From contig OZ024758.1 of NCBI GenBank assembly GCA_964016885.1, positions 35,402,001 through 35,466,000 on the forward strand: DNA of 64,000 nucleotides. The letters run 5' to 3'. Each line of letters opens with the position of its first letter. The first letter of the stretch is position 1. The notes under the pieces are model-generated. The model did not search any database. It saw only the letters and a program-made list of their open reading frames with translations, and was not told where the DNA came from. Both the position numbers and the translations under genes were made by a program. This DNA comes from Eledone cirrhosa (lineage: Eukaryota). Shown one piece after another: positions 47,644 through 62,600 of this stretch.

Positions 47644-50600
47644 ATGGTATTAGTTGTCAGAAGTAACTCCACTGTTGGTGAGAATTAATTTAAATCATGG
47701 TATTAGTTGTCAGAAGTAACTCCAATGTTGGTGAGAATTCATTTAAGTTCATGGTACTAGCTGTCAGAAGTAACTCCACTGTTTCTGAGAATTCATTTAA
47801 GTTCATGGTACTAGCTGTCAGAAGTAACTCCACTGTTGGTGAGAATTCATTTAAGTTCATGGTACTAGCTGTCAGAAGTAACTCCACTGTTGGTGAGAAT
47901 TCATTTAAGTTCATGGTACTAGCTGTCAGAAGTAACTTCAATGTTGGTGAGAATTCATTTAAGTTCATGGTATTAGCTGTCAGAAGGAACTCCACTGTTG
48001 GTGAGAATTCATTTAAGTTCATGGTATTAGCTGTCAGAAGTAACTCCACTGTTGGTGAGAATTCATTTAAGTTCATGGTACTAGTTGTCAGAAGTAACTC
48101 CACTGTTGGTGAGAATTCATTTAAGTTCATGGTATTAGTTGTCAGAAAAGTAACTCCACTGTTGGTGAGAATTCATTTAAGTCATGGTATTAGTTGTCAG
48201 AAGTAACTCCAATGTTGGTGAGAATTCATTTAAGTTCATGGTACTAGCTGTCAGAAGTAACTCCACTGTTGGTGAGAATTCATTTAAGTTCATGGTATTA
48301 GCTGTCAGAAGTAACTCCACTGTTGGTGAGAATTCATTTAAGTCATGGTATTAGCTGTCAGAAGTAACTCCATTGTTGGTGAGAATTCATTTAAGTCATG
48401 GTACTAGCTGTCAGAAGTAACTCCACTGCTGGTGAGAATTCATTTAAGTTCATGGTATTAGTTTGTCAGAAGTAACTCCACTGTTGGTGAGAATTCATTT
48501 AAGTTCATGGTATTAGTTGTCAGAAGTAACTCCACTGTTGGTGAGAATTCATTTAAGTCATGGTATTAGCTGTCAGAAGTAACTCCAATGTTGGTGAGAA
48601 TTCATTTAAGTTCATGGTACTAGCTGTCAGAAGTAACTCCACTGTTGGTGAGAATTCATTTAAGTTCATGGTACTAGCTGTCAGAAGTAACTCCAATGTT
48701 GGTGAGAATTCATTTAAGTTCATGGTATTAGCTGTCAGAAGGAACTCCACTGTTGGTGAGAATTCATTCAAGTTCATGGTATTAGCTGTCAGAAGTAACT
48801 CCACTGTTGGTGAGAATTCATTTAAGTTCATGGTACTAGTTGTCAGAAGTAACTCCACTGTTGGTGAGGATTCATTTAAGTTCATGGTATTAGTTGTCAG
48901 AAGTAACTCCACTGTTGGTGAGAATTCATTTAAGTTCATGGTATTAGTTGTCAGAAGTAACTCCACTGTTGGTGAGAATTCATTTAAGTCATGGTATTAG
49001 TTGTCAGAAGTAACTCCAATGTTGGTGAGAATTCATTTAAGTTCATGGTACTAGCTGTCAGAAGTAACTCCACTGTTGGTGAGAATTCATTTAAGTTCAT
49101 GGTATTAGCTGTCAGAAGTAACTCCACTGTTGGTGAGAATTCATTTAAGTTCATGGTATGAGCTGTCAGAAGGAACTCTACTGTTGGTGAGAATTCATTT
49201 AAGTTCATGGTATTAGCTGTCAGAAGTAACTCCACTGTTGGTGAGAATTCATTTAAGTTCATGGTACTAGCTGTCAGAAGTAACTCCACTGTTGGTGAGA
49301 ATTCATTTAAGTCATGGTATTAGCTGTCAGAAGTAACTCCAATGTTGGTGAGAATTCATTTAAGTCATGGTACTAGCTGTCAGAAGTAATTCCAATGTTG
49401 GTGAGAATTCATTTAAGTTCATGGTATTAGCTGTCAGAAGGAACTCCACTGTTGGTTAGAATTCATTTAAGTTCATGGTATTAGCTGTCAGAAGTAACTC
49501 CACTGTTGGTGAGAATTAATTTAAGTTCATGGTATTAGTTGTCAGAAGTAACTCCACTGTTGGTGAGAATTCATTTAAGTTCATGGTATTAGTTGTCAGA
49601 AGTAACTCCACTGTTGGTGAGAATTCATTTAAGTCATGGTATTAGTTGTCAGAAGTAACTCCAATGTTGGTGAGAATTCATTTAAGTTCATGGTACTAGC
49701 TGTCAGAAGTAACTCCACTGTTGGTGAGAATTCATTTAAGTTCATGGTATTAGCTGTCAGAAGTAACTCCACTGTTGGTGAGAATTCATTTAAGTTCATG
49801 GTATGAGCTGTCAGAAGGAACTCTACTGTTGGTGAGAATTCATTTAAGTTCATGGTATTAGCTGTCAGAAGTAACTCCACTGTTGGTGAGAATTCATTTA
49901 AGTTCATGGTACTAGCTGTCAGAAGTAACTCCACTGTTGGTGAGAATTCATTTAAGTCATGGTATTAGCTGTCAGAAGTAACTCCAATGTTGGTGAGAAT
50001 TCATTTAAGTCATGGTACTAGCTGTCAGAAGTAATTCCAATGTTGGTGAGAATTCATTTAAGTTCATGGTATTAGCTGTCAGAAGGAACTCCACTGTTGG
50101 TGAGAATTCATTTAAGTTCATGGTATTAGCTGTCAGAAGTAACTCCACTGTTGGTGAGAATTCATTTAAGTTCATGGTACTAGCTGTCAGAAGTAACTCC
50201 ACTGTTGGTGAGAATTCATTTAAATCATGGTATTAGTTGTCAGAAGTAACTCCAATGTTGGTGAGAATTCATTTAAGTTCATGGTACTAGCTGTCAGAAG
50301 TAACTCCACTGTTTCTGAGAATTCATTTAAGTTCATGGTACTAGCTGTCAGAAGTAACTCCACTGTTGGTGAGAATTCATTTAAGTTCATGGTACTAGCT
50401 GTCAGAAGTAACTCCACTGTTGGTGAGAATTCATTTAAGTTCATGGTACTAGCTGTCAGAAGTAACTCCACTGTTGGTGAGAATTCATTTAAGTTCATGG
50501 TATTAGCTGTCAGAAGTAACTCCACTGTTGGTGAGAATTCATTTAAGTCATGGTATTAGCTGTCAGAAGTAACTCCATTGTTGGTGAGAATTCATTTAAG

Positions 50601-53600
50601 TCATGGTACTAGCTGTCAGAAGTAACTCCACTGTTGGTGAGAATTCATTTAAGTTCATGGTACTAGCTGTCAGAAGTAACTCCACTGTTGGTGAGAATTC
50701 ATTTAAGTTCATGGTATTAGTTTGTCAGAAGTAACTCCACTGTTGGTGAGAATTCATTTAAGTCATGGTATTAGCTGTCAGAAGTAACTCCAATGTTGGT
50801 GAGAATTCATTTAAGTTCATGGTATGAGCTGTCAGAAGGAACTCTACTGTTGGTGAGAATTCATTTAAGTTCATGGTATTAGCTGTCAGAAGTAACTCCA
50901 CTGTTGGTGAGAATTCATTTAAGTTCATGGTACTAGCTGTCAGAAGTAACTCCACTGTTGGTGAGAATTCATATAAGTCATGGTATTAGCTGTCAGAAGT
51001 AACTCCAATGTTGGTGAGAATTCATTTAAGTCATGGTACTAGCTGTCAGAAGTATTTCCAATGTTGGTGAGAATTCATTTAAGTTCATGGTATTAGCTGT
51101 CAGAAGGAACTCCACTGTTGGTTAGAATTCATTTAAGTTCATGGTATTAGCTGTCAGAAGTAACTCCACTGTTGGTGAGAATTCATTTAAGTTCATGGTA
51201 CTAGCTGTCAGAAGTAACTCCACTGTTGGTGAGAATTCATTTAAATCATGGTATTAGTTGTCAGAAGTAACTCCAATGTTGGTGAGAATTCATTTAAGTT
51301 CATGGTACTAGCTGTCAGAAGTAACTCCACTGTTTCTGAGAATTCATGTAAGTTCATGGTACTAGCTGTCAGAAGTAACTCCACTGTTGGTGAGAATTCA
51401 TTTAAGTTCATGGTACTAGCTGTCAGAAGTAACTCCACTGTTGGTGAGAATTCATTTAAGTTCATGGTACTAGCTGTCAGAAGTAACTCCAATGTTGGTG
51501 AGAATTCATTTAAGTTCATGGTATTAGCTGTCAGAAGGAACTCCACTGTTGGTGAGAATTCATTCAAGTTCATGGTATTAGCTGTCAGAAGTAACTCCAC
51601 TGTTGGTGAGAATTCATTTAAGTTCATGGTACTAGTTGTCAGAAGTAACTCCACTGTTGGTGAGAATTCATTTAAGTTCATGGTATTAGTTGTCAGAAGT
51701 AACTCCACTGTTGGTGAGAATTCATTTAAGTCATGGTATTAGTTGTCAGAAGTAACTCCAATGTTGGTGAGAATTCATTTAAGTTCATGGTACTAGCTGT
51801 CAGAAGTAACTCCACTGTTGGTGAGAATTCATTTAAGTTCATGGTATTAGCTGTCAGAAGTAACTCCACTGTTGGTGAGAATTCATTTAAGTCATGGTAT
51901 TAGCTGTCAGAAGTAACTCCATTGTTGGTGAGAATTCATTTAAGTCATGGTACTAGCTGTCAGAAGTAACTCCACTGTTGGTGAGAATTCATTTAAGTTC
52001 ATGGTACTAGCTGTCAGAAGTAACTCCAATGTTGGTGGGAATTCATTTAAGTTCATGGTATTAGTTTGTCAGAAGTAACTCCACTGTTGGTGAGAATTCA
52101 TTTAAGTCATGGTATTAGCTGTCAGAAGTAACTCCAATGTTGGTGAGAATTCATTTAAGTTCATGGTATGAGCTGTCAGAAGGAACTCTACTGTTGGTGA
52201 GAATTCATTTAAGTTCATGGTATTAGCTGTCAGAAGTAACTCCACTGTTGGTGAGAATTCATTTAAGTTCATGGTATTAGTTTGTCAGAAGTAACTCCAC
52301 TGTTGGTGAGAATTCATTTAAGTCATGGTATTAGTTGTCAGAAGTAACTCCAAAGTTGGTGAGAATTCATTTAAGTTCATGGTACTAGCTGTCAGAAGTA
52401 ACTCCACTGTTGGTGAGAATTCATTTAAGTTCATGGTATTAGCTGTCAGAAGTAAATCCACTGTTGGTGAGAATTCATTTAAGTTCATGGTACTAGCTGT
52501 CAGAAGTAACTCCACTGTTGGTGAGAATTCATTTAATTCTTGGTATTAGCTGTCAGAAGTAACTCCAATGTTGGTGAGAATTCATTTAAGTCATGGTACT
52601 AGCTGTCAGAAGTAACTCCAATGTTGGTGAGAATTCATTTAAGTTCATGGTATTAGCTGTCAGAAGGAACTCCACTGTTGGTGAGAATTCATTTAAGTTC
52701 ATGGTATTAGCTGTCAGAAGTAACTCCACTGTTGGTGAGAATTCATTTAAGTTCATGGTACTAGCTGTCAGAAGTAACTCCAATGTTGGTGAGAATTCAT
52801 TTAAGTTCATGGTACTAGCTGTCAGAAGTAACCCCACTGTTGGTGAGAATTCATTTAAGTTCATGGTACTAGCTGTCAGAAGTAACTCCAATGTTGGTGA
52901 GAATTCATTTAAGTTCATGGTATTAGCTGTCAGAAGTAACTCCACTGTTGGTGAGAATTCATTTAAGTTCATGGTATTAGCTGTCAGAAGTCACTCCAAT
53001 GTTGGTGAGAATTCATTTAAGTTCATGGTATTAGCTGTCAGAAGTCACTCCACTGTTGGTGAGAATTCATTTAAGTTCATGGTACTAGCTGTCAGAAGTA
53101 ACTCCACTGTTGGTGAGAATTCATTTAAGTTCATGGTACTAGCTGTCAGAAGTAACTCCACTGTTGGTGAGAATTCATTTAAGTTCATGGTATTAGTTTG
53201 TCAGAAGTAACTCCACTGTTGGTGAGAATTCATTTAAGTCATGGTATTAGCTGTCAGAAGTAACTCCAATGTTGGTGAGAATTCATTTAAGTTCATGGTA
53301 CTAGCTGTCAGAAGTAACTCCACTGTTGGTGAGAATTCATTTAAGTTCATGGTATTAGCTGTCAGAAGTAACTCCACTGTTGGTGAGAATTCATTTAAGT
53401 TCATGGTACTAGCTGTCAGAAGTAACTCCACTGTTGGTGAGAATTCATTTAAGTCATGGTATTAGCTGTCAGAAGTAACTCCAATGTTGGTGAGAATTCA
53501 TTTAAGTCATGGTACTAGCTGTCAGAAGTAACTCCAATGTTGGTGAGAATTCATTTAAGTTCATGGTATTAGCTGTCAGAAGGAACTCCACTGTTGGTTA

Positions 53601-56600
53601 GAATTCATTTAAGTTCATGGTATTAGCTGTCAGAAGTAACTCCACTGTTGGTGAGAATTCATTTAAGTTCATGGTACTAGCTGTCAGAAGTAACTCCACT
53701 GTTGGTGAGAATTCAGTTAAGTTCATGGTACTAGCTGTCAGAAGTAACTCCACTGTTGGTGAGAATTCAGTTAAGTTCATGCTATTAGCTGTCAGAAGGA
53801 ACTCCACTGTTGGTGAGAATTCATTTAAGTTCATGGTATTAGCTGTCAGAAGTAACTCCACTGTTGGTGAGAATTCATTTAAGTTCATGGTACTAGCTGT
53901 CAGAAGTAACTCCACTGTTGGTGAGAATTCATTTAAGTTCATGGTACTAGCTGTCAGAAGTAACTCCCCTGTTGGTGAGAATTCAGTTAAGTTCATGGTA
54001 TTAGTTGTCAGAAGTAACTCCACTGTTGGTGAGAATTAATTTAAATCATGGTATTAGTTGTCAGAAGTAACTCCAATGTTGGTGAGAATTCATTTAAGTT
54101 CATGGTACTAGCTGTCAGAAGTAACTCCACTGTTTCTGAGAATTCATTTAAGTTCATGGTACTAGCTGTCAGAAGTAACTCCACTGTTGGTGAGAATTCA
54201 TTTAAGTTCATGGTACTAGCTGTCAGAAGTAACTCCACTGTTGGTGAGAATTCATTTAAGTTCATGGTACTAGCTGTCAGAAGTAACTCCATTGTTGGTG
54301 AGAATTCATTTAAGTTCATGGTATTAGCTGTCAGAAGGAACTCCACTGTTGGTGAGAATTCATTTAAGTTCATGGTATTAGCTGTCAGAAGTAACTCCAC
54401 TGTTGGTGAGAATTCATTTAAGTTCATGGTACTAGTTGTCAGAAGTAACTCCACTGTTGGTGAGAATTCATTTAAGTTCATGGTATTAGTTGTCAGAAGT
54501 AACTCCAATGTTGGTGAGAATTCATTTAAGTCATGGTATTAGTTGTCAGAAGTAACTCCAATGTTGGTGAGAATTCATTTAAGTTCATGGTACTAGCTGT
54601 CAGAAGTAACTCCACTGTTGGTGAGAATTCATTTAAGTCATGGTATTAGTTGTCAGAAGTAACTCCAATGTTGGTGAGAATTCATTTAAGTTCATGGTAT
54701 TAGCTGTCAGAAGTAACTCCACTGTTGGTGAGAATTCATTTAAGTTCATGGTATTAGCTGTCAGAAGTAACTCCACTGTTGGTGAGAATTCATTTAAGTT
54801 CATGGTATTAGCTGTCAGAAGTAACTCCACTGTTGGTGAGAATTCATTTAAGTTCATGGTACTAGCTGTCAGAAGTAACTCCACTGTTGGTGAGAATTCA
54901 TTTAAGTTCATGGTACTAGCTGTCAGAAGTAACTCCACTGTTGGTGAGAATTCATTTAAGTTCATGGTATTAGTTTGTCAGAAGTAACTCCACTGTTGGT
55001 GAGAATTCATTTAAGTCATGGTATTAGCTGTCAGAAGTAACTCCAATGTTGGTGAGAATTCATTTAAGTTCATGGTACTAGCTGTCAGAAGTAACTCCAC
55101 TGTTGGTGAGAATTCATTTAAGTTCATGGTATTAGCTGTCAGAAGTAACTCCACTGTTGGTGAGAATTCATTTAAGTTCATAGTACTAGCTGTCAGAAGT
55201 AACTCCACTGTTGGTGAGAATTCATTTAAGTCATGGTATTAGCTGTCAGAAGTAACTCCAATGTTGGTGAGAATTCATTTAAGTCATGGTACTAGCTGTC
55301 AGAAGTAACTCCAATGTTGGTGAGAATTCATTTAAGTTCATGGTATTAGCTGTCAGAAGGAACTCCACTGTTGGTTAGAATTCATTTAAGTTCATGGTAT
55401 TAGCTGTCAGAAGTAACTCCACTGTTGGTGAGAATTCATTTAAGTTCATGGTACTAGCTGTCAGAAGTAACTCCACTGTTGGTGAGAATTCAGTTAAGTT
55501 CATGGTACTAGCTGTCAGAAGTAACTCCACTGTTGGTGAGAATTCAGTTAAGTTCATGCTATTAGCTGTCAGAAGGAACTCCACTGTTGGTGAGAATTCA
55601 TTTAAGTTCATGGTATTAGCTGTCAGAAGTAACTCCACTGTTGGTGAGAATTCATTTAAGTTCATGGTACTAGCTGTCAGAAGTAACTCCACTGTTGGTG
55701 AGAATTCATTTAAGTTCATGGTACTAGCTGTCAGAAGTAACTCCACTGTTGGTGAGAATTCAGTTAAGTTCATGGTATTAGTTGTCAGAAGTAACTCCAC
55801 TGTTGGTGAGAATTAATTTAAATCATGGTATTAGTTGTCAGAAGTAACTCCAATGTTGGTGAGAATTCATTTAAGTTCATGGTACTAGCTGTCAGAAGTA
55901 ACTCCACTGTTTCTGAGAATTCATTTAAGTTCATGGTACTAGCTGTCAGAAGTAACTCCACTGTTGGTGAGAATTCATTTAAGTTCATGGTACTAGCTGT
56001 CAGAAGTAACTCCACTGTTGGTGAGAATTCATTTAAGTTCATGGTACTAGCTGTCAGAAGTAACTCCATTGTTGGTGAGAATTCATTTAAGTTCATGGTA
56101 TTAGCTGTCAGAAGGAACTCCACTGTTGGTGAGAATTCATTTAAGTTCATGGTATTAGCTGTCAGAAGTAACTCCACTGTTGGTGAGAATTCATTTAAGT
56201 TCATGGTACTAGTTGTCAGAAGTAACTCCACTGTTGGTGAGAATTCATTTAAGTTCATGGTACTAGCTGTCAGAAGTAACTCCACTGTTGGTGAGAATTC
56301 ATTTAAGTTCATGGTACTAGTTGTCAGAAGTAACTTCACTGTTGGTGAGAATTCATTTAAGTCATGGTATTAGCTGTCAGAAGTAACTCCAATGTTGGTG
56401 AGAATTCATTTAAGTTCATGGTATGAGCTGTCAGAAGGAACTCTACTGTTGGTGAGAATTCATTTAAGTTCATGGTATTAGCTGTCAGAAGTAACTCCAC
56501 TGTTGGTGAGAATTCATTTAAGTTCATGGTACTAGCTGTCAGAAGTAACTCCAATGTTGGTGAGAATTCATTTAAGTTCATGGTATTAGTTTGTCAGAAG

Positions 56601-59600
56601 TAACTCCACTGTTGGTGAGAATTCATTTAAGTCATGGTATTAGTTGTCAGAAGTAACTCCAAAGTTGGTGAGAATTCATTTAAGTTCATGGTACTAGCTG
56701 TCAGAAGTAACTCCACTGTTGGTGAGAATTCATTTAAGTTCATGGTATTAGCTGTCAGAAGTAACTCCACTGTTGGTGAGAATTCATTTAAGTTCATGGT
56801 ACTAGCTGTCAGATGTAACTCCACTGTTGGTGAGAATTCATTTAATTCATGGTATTAGCTGTCAGAAGTAACTCCAATGTTGGTAAGAATTCATTTAAGT
56901 CATGGTACTAGCTGTCAGAAGTAACTCCAATGTTGGTGAGAATTCATTTAAGTTCATGGTATTAGCTGTCAGAAGGAACTCCACTGTTGGTGAGAATTAA
57001 TTTAAGTTCATGGTATTAGCTGTCAGAAGTAACTCCACTGTTGGTGAGAATTCATTTAAGTTCATGGTACTAACTGTCAGAAGTAACTCCAATGTTGGTG
57101 AGAATTCATTTAAGTTCATGGTATGAGCTGTCAGAAGGAACTCTACTGTTGGTGAGAATTCATTTAAGTTCATGGTATTAGCTGTCAGAAGTAACTCCAC
57201 TGTTGGTGAGAATTCATTTAAGTTCATGGTACTAGCTGTCAGAAGTAACTCCAATGTTGGTGAGAATTCATTTAAGTTCATGGTATTAGTTTGTCAGAAG
57301 TAACTCCACTGTTGGTGAGAATTCATTTAAGTCATGGTATTAGTTTGTCAGAAGTAACTCCAAAGTTGGTGAGAATTCATTTAAGTTCATGGTACTAGCT
57401 GTCAGAAGTAACTCCACTGTTGGTGAGAATTCATTTAAGTTCATGGTATTAGCTGTCAGAAGTAACTCCACTGTTGGTGAGAATTCATTTAAGTTCATGG
57501 TACTAGCTGTCAGAAGTAACTCCACTGTTGGTGAGAATTCATTTAATTCATGGTATTAGCTGTCAGAAGTAACTCCAATGTTGGTGAGAATTCATTTAAG
57601 TCATGGTACTAGCTGTCAGAAGTAACTCCAATGTTGGTGAGAATTCATTTAAGTTCATGGTATTAGCTGTCAGAAGGAACTCCACTGTTGGTGAGAATTA
57701 ATTTAAGTTCATGGTATTAGCTGTCAGAAGTAACTCCACTGTTGGTGAGAATTCATTTAAGTTCATGGTACTAACTGTCAGAAGTAACTCCAATGTTGGT
57801 GAGAATTCATTTAAGTTCATGGTACTAGCTGTCAGAAGTAACCCCACTGTTGGTGAGAATTCATTTAAGTTCATGGTACTAGCTGTCAGAAGTAACTCCA
57901 ATCTTGGTGAGAATTCATTTAAGTTCATGGTATTAGCTGTCAGAAGTAACTCCACTGTTGGTGAGAATTCATTTAAGTTCATGGTATTAGCTGTCAGAAG
58001 TCACTCCAATGTTGGTGAGAATTCATTTAAGTTCATGGTATTAGCTGTCAGAAGTCACTCCACTGTTGGTGAGAATTCATTTAAGTTCATGGTACTAGCT
58101 GTCAGAAGTAACCCCAATGTTGGTGAGAATTCATTTAAGTTCATGGTATTAGCTGTCAGAAGTCACTCCAATGTTGGTGAGAATTCATTTAAGTTCATGG
58201 TATTAGCTGTCAGAAGTAACTCCACTGTTGGTGAGAATTCATTTAAGTTCATGGTATTAGCTGTCAGAAGTAACTCCACTGTTGGTGAGAATTCATTTAA
58301 GTTCATGGTATTAGCTGTCAGAAGTAACTCCACTGTTGGTGAGAATTCATTTAAGTTCATGGTATTAGCTGTCAGAAGTAACTCCACTGTTGGTGAGAAT
58401 TCATTTAAGTTCATGGTACTAGCTGTCAGAAGTAACTCCACTGTTGGTGAGAATTCATTTAAGTTCATGGTATTAGTTGTCAGAATTAACTCCACTGTTG
58501 GTGAGAATTCATTTAAGTCATGGTATTAGTTGTCAGAAGTAACTCCAATGTTGGTGAGAATTCATTTAAGTTGATGGTACTAGCTGTCAGAAGTAACTCC
58601 ACTGTTGGTGAGAATTCATTTAAGTTCATGGTACTAGCTGTCAGAAGGAACGCCACTGTTGGTGAGAATTCATTTAAGTTCATGGTATTAGCTGTCAGAA
58701 GTAACTCCACTGTTGGTGAGAATTCATTTAAGTTCATGGTACTAGCTGTCAGAAGTAACTCCAATGTTGGTGAGAATTCATTTAAGTTCATGGTATTAGC
58801 TGTCAGAAGTAACTCCACTGTTGGTGAGAATTCATTTAAGTTCATGGTACTAGCTGTCAGAAGTAACTCCAATGTTGGTGAGAATTCATTTAAGTTCATG
58901 GTATTAGCTGTCAGAAGGAACTCCACTGTTGGTGAGAATTCATTTAAGTTCATGGTATTAGCTGTCAGAAGGAACTCCACTGTTGGCGAGAATTCATTTA
59001 AGTTCATGGTATTAGCTGTCAGAAGTAACTCCACTGTTGGTGAGAATTCATTTAAGTTCATGGTACTAGTTGTCAGAAGTAACTCCACTGTTGGTGAGAA
59101 TTCATTTAAGTTCATGGTATTAGTTGTCAGAAGTAACTCCACTGTTGGTGAGAATTCATTTAAGTCATGGTATTAGTTGTCAGAAGTAACTCCAATGTTG
59201 GTGAGAATTCATTTAAGTTCATGGTACTAGCTGTCAGAAGTAACTCCACTGTTGGTGAGAATTCATTTAAGTTCATGGTATTAGCTGTCAGAAGTAACTC
59301 CACTGTTGGTGAGAATTCATTTAAGTCATGGTATTAGCTGTCAGAAGTAACTCCATTGTTGGTGAGAATTCATTTAAGTCATGGTACTAGCTGTCAGAAG
59401 TAACTCCACTGTTGGTGAGAATTCATTTAAGTTCATGGTACTAGCTGTCAGAAGTAACTCCACTGTTGGTGAGAATTCATTTAAGTTCATGGTATTAGTT
59501 TGTCAGAAGTAACTCCACTGTTGGTGAGAATTCATTTAAGTCATGGTATTAGTTGTCAGAAGTAACTCCAATGTTGGTGAGAATTCATTTAAGTTCATGG

Positions 59601-62600
59601 TACTAGCTGTCAGAAGTAACTCCACTGTTGGTGAGAATTCATTTAAGTTCATGGTATTAGCTGTCAGAAGTAACTCCAATGTTGGTGAGAATTCATTTAA
59701 GTTCATGGTACTAGCTGTCAGAAGTAACTCCACTGTTGGTGAGAATTCATTTAAGTTCATGGTATTAGCTGTCAGAAGTAACTCCACTGTTGGTGAGAAT
59801 TCATTTAAGTTCATGGTACTAGCTGTCAGAAGTAACTCCACTGTTGGTGAGAATTCATTTAAGTCATGGTATTAGCTGTCAGAAGTAACTCCAATGTTGG
59901 TGAGAATTCATTTAAGTCATGGTACTAGCTGTCAGAAGTAACTCCAATGTTGGTGAGAATTCATTTAAGTTCATGGTATTAGCTGTCAGAAGGAACATCA
60001 CTGTTGGTTAGAATTCATTTAAGTTCATGGTATTAGCTGTCAGAAGTAACTCCACTGTTGGTGAGAATTCATTTAAGTTCATGGTACTAGCTGTCAGAAG
60101 TAACTCCACTGTTGGTGAGAATTCAGTTAAGTTCATGCTATTAGCTGTCAGAAGGAACACCACTGTTGGTGAGAATTCATTTAAGTTCATGGTATTAGCT
60201 GTCAGAAGTAACTCCACTGTTGGTGAGAATTCATTTAAGTCATGGTACTAGCTGTCAGAAGTAACTCCAATGTTGGTGAGAATTCATTTAAGTTCATGGT
60301 ATTAGCTGTCAGAAGGAACTCCACTGTTGGTGAGAATTAATTTAAGTTCATGGTATTAGCTGTCAGAAGTAACTCCACTGTTGGTGAGAATTCATTTAAG
60401 TTCATGGTACTAACTGTCAGAAGTAACTCCAATGTTGGTGAGAATTCATTTAAGTTCATGGTACTAGCTGTCAGAAGTAACCCCACTGTTGGTGAGAATT
60501 CATTTAAGTTCATGGTACTAGCTGTCAGAAGTAACTCCAATCTTGGTGAGAATTCATTTAAGTTCATGGTATTAGCTGTCAGAAGTAACTCCACTGTTGG
60601 TGAGAATTCATTTAAGTTCATGGTATTAGCTGTCAGAAGTCACTCCAATGTTGGTGAGAATTCATTTAAGTTCATGGTATTAGCTGTCAGAAGTCACTCC
60701 ACTGTTGGTGAGAATTCATTTAAGTTCATGGTACTAGCTGTCAGAAGTAACCCCAATGTTGGTGAGAATTCATTTAAGTTCATGGTATTAGCTGTCAGAA
60801 GTCACTCCAATGTTGGTGAGAATTCATTTAAGTTCATGGTATTAGCTGTCAGAAGTAACTCCACTGTTGGTGAGAATTCATTTAAGTTCATGGTATTAGC
60901 TGTCAGAAGTAACTCCACTGTTGGTGAGAATTCATTTAAGTTCATGGTATTAGCTGTCAGAAGTAACTCCACTGTTGGTGAGAATTCATTTAAGTTCATG
61001 GTATTAGCTGTCAGAAGTAACTCCACTGTTGGTGAGAATTCATTTAAGTTCATGGTACTAGCTGTCAGAAGTAACTCCACTGTTGGTGAGAATTCATTTA
61101 AGTCATGGTATTAGTTGTCAGAAGTAACTCCAATGTTGGTGAGAATTCATTTAAGTTGATGGTACTAGCTGTCAGAAGTAACTCCACTGTTGGTGAGAAT
61201 TCATTTAAGTTCATGGTACTAGCTGTCAGAAGGAACGCCACTGTTGGTGAGAATTCATTTAAGTTCATGGTATTAGCTGTCAGAAGTAACTCCACTGTTG
61301 GTGAGAATTCATTTAAGTTCATGGTACTAGCTGTCAGAAGTAACTCCAATGTTGGTGAGAATTCATTTAAGTTCATGGTATTAGCTGTCAGAAGTAACTC
61401 CACTGTTGGTGAGAATTCATTTAAGTTCATGGTACTAGCTGTCAGAAGTAACTCCAATGTTGGTGAGAATTCATTTAAGTTCATGGTATTAGCTGTCAGA
61501 AGGAACTCCACTGTTGGTGAGAATTCATTTAAGTTCATGGTATTAGCTGTCAGAAGGAACTCCACTGTTGGCGAGAATTCATTTAAGTTCATGGTATTAG
61601 CTGTCAGAAGTAACTCCACTGTTGGTGAGAATTCATTTAAGTTCATGGTACTAGTTGTCAGAAGTAACTCCACTGTTGGTGAGAATTCATTTAAGTTCAT
61701 GGTATTAGTTGTCAGAAGTAACTCCACTGTTGGTGAGAATTCATTTAAGTCATGGTATTAGTTGTCAGAAGTAACTCCAATGTTGGTGAGAATTCATTTA
61801 AGTTCATGGTACTAGCTGTCAGAAGTAACTCCACTGTTGGTGAGAATTCATTTAAGTTCATGGTATTAGCTGTCAGAAGTAACTCCACTGTTGGTGAGAA
61901 TTCATTTAAGTCATGGTATTAGCTGTCAGAAGTAACTCCATTGTTGGTGAGAATTCATTTAAGTCATGGTACTAGCTGTCAGAAGTAACTCCACTGTTGG
62001 TGAGAATTCATTTAAGTTCATGGTACTAGCTGTCAGAAGTAACTCCACTGTTGGTGAGAATTCATTTAAGTTCATGGTATTAGTTTGTCAGAAGTAACTC
62101 CACTGTTGGTGAGAATTCATTTAAGTCATGGTATTAGTTGTCAGAAGTAACTCCAATGTTGGTGAGAATTCATTTAAGTTCATGGTACTAGCTGTCAGAA
62201 GTAACTCCACTGTTGGTGAGAATTCATTTAAGTTCATGGTATTAGCTGTCAGAAGTAACTCCACTGTTGGTGAGAATTCATTTAAGTTCATGGTATTAGC
62301 TGTCAGAAGTAACTCTACTGTTGGTGAGAATTCATTTAAGTCATGGTATTAGCTGTCAGAAGTAACTCCAATGTTGGTGAGAATTCATTTAAGTTCATGG
62401 TATTAGCTGTCAGAAGGAACTCTACTGTTGGTGAGAATTCATTTAAGTTCATGGTATTAGCTGTCAGAAGTAACTCCACTGTTGGTGAGAATTCATTTAA
62501 GTTCATGGTACTAGCTGTCAGAAGTAACTCCAATGTTGGTGAGAATTCATTTAAGTTCATGGTATTAGCTGTCAGAAGTAACTCCACTGTTGGTGAGAAT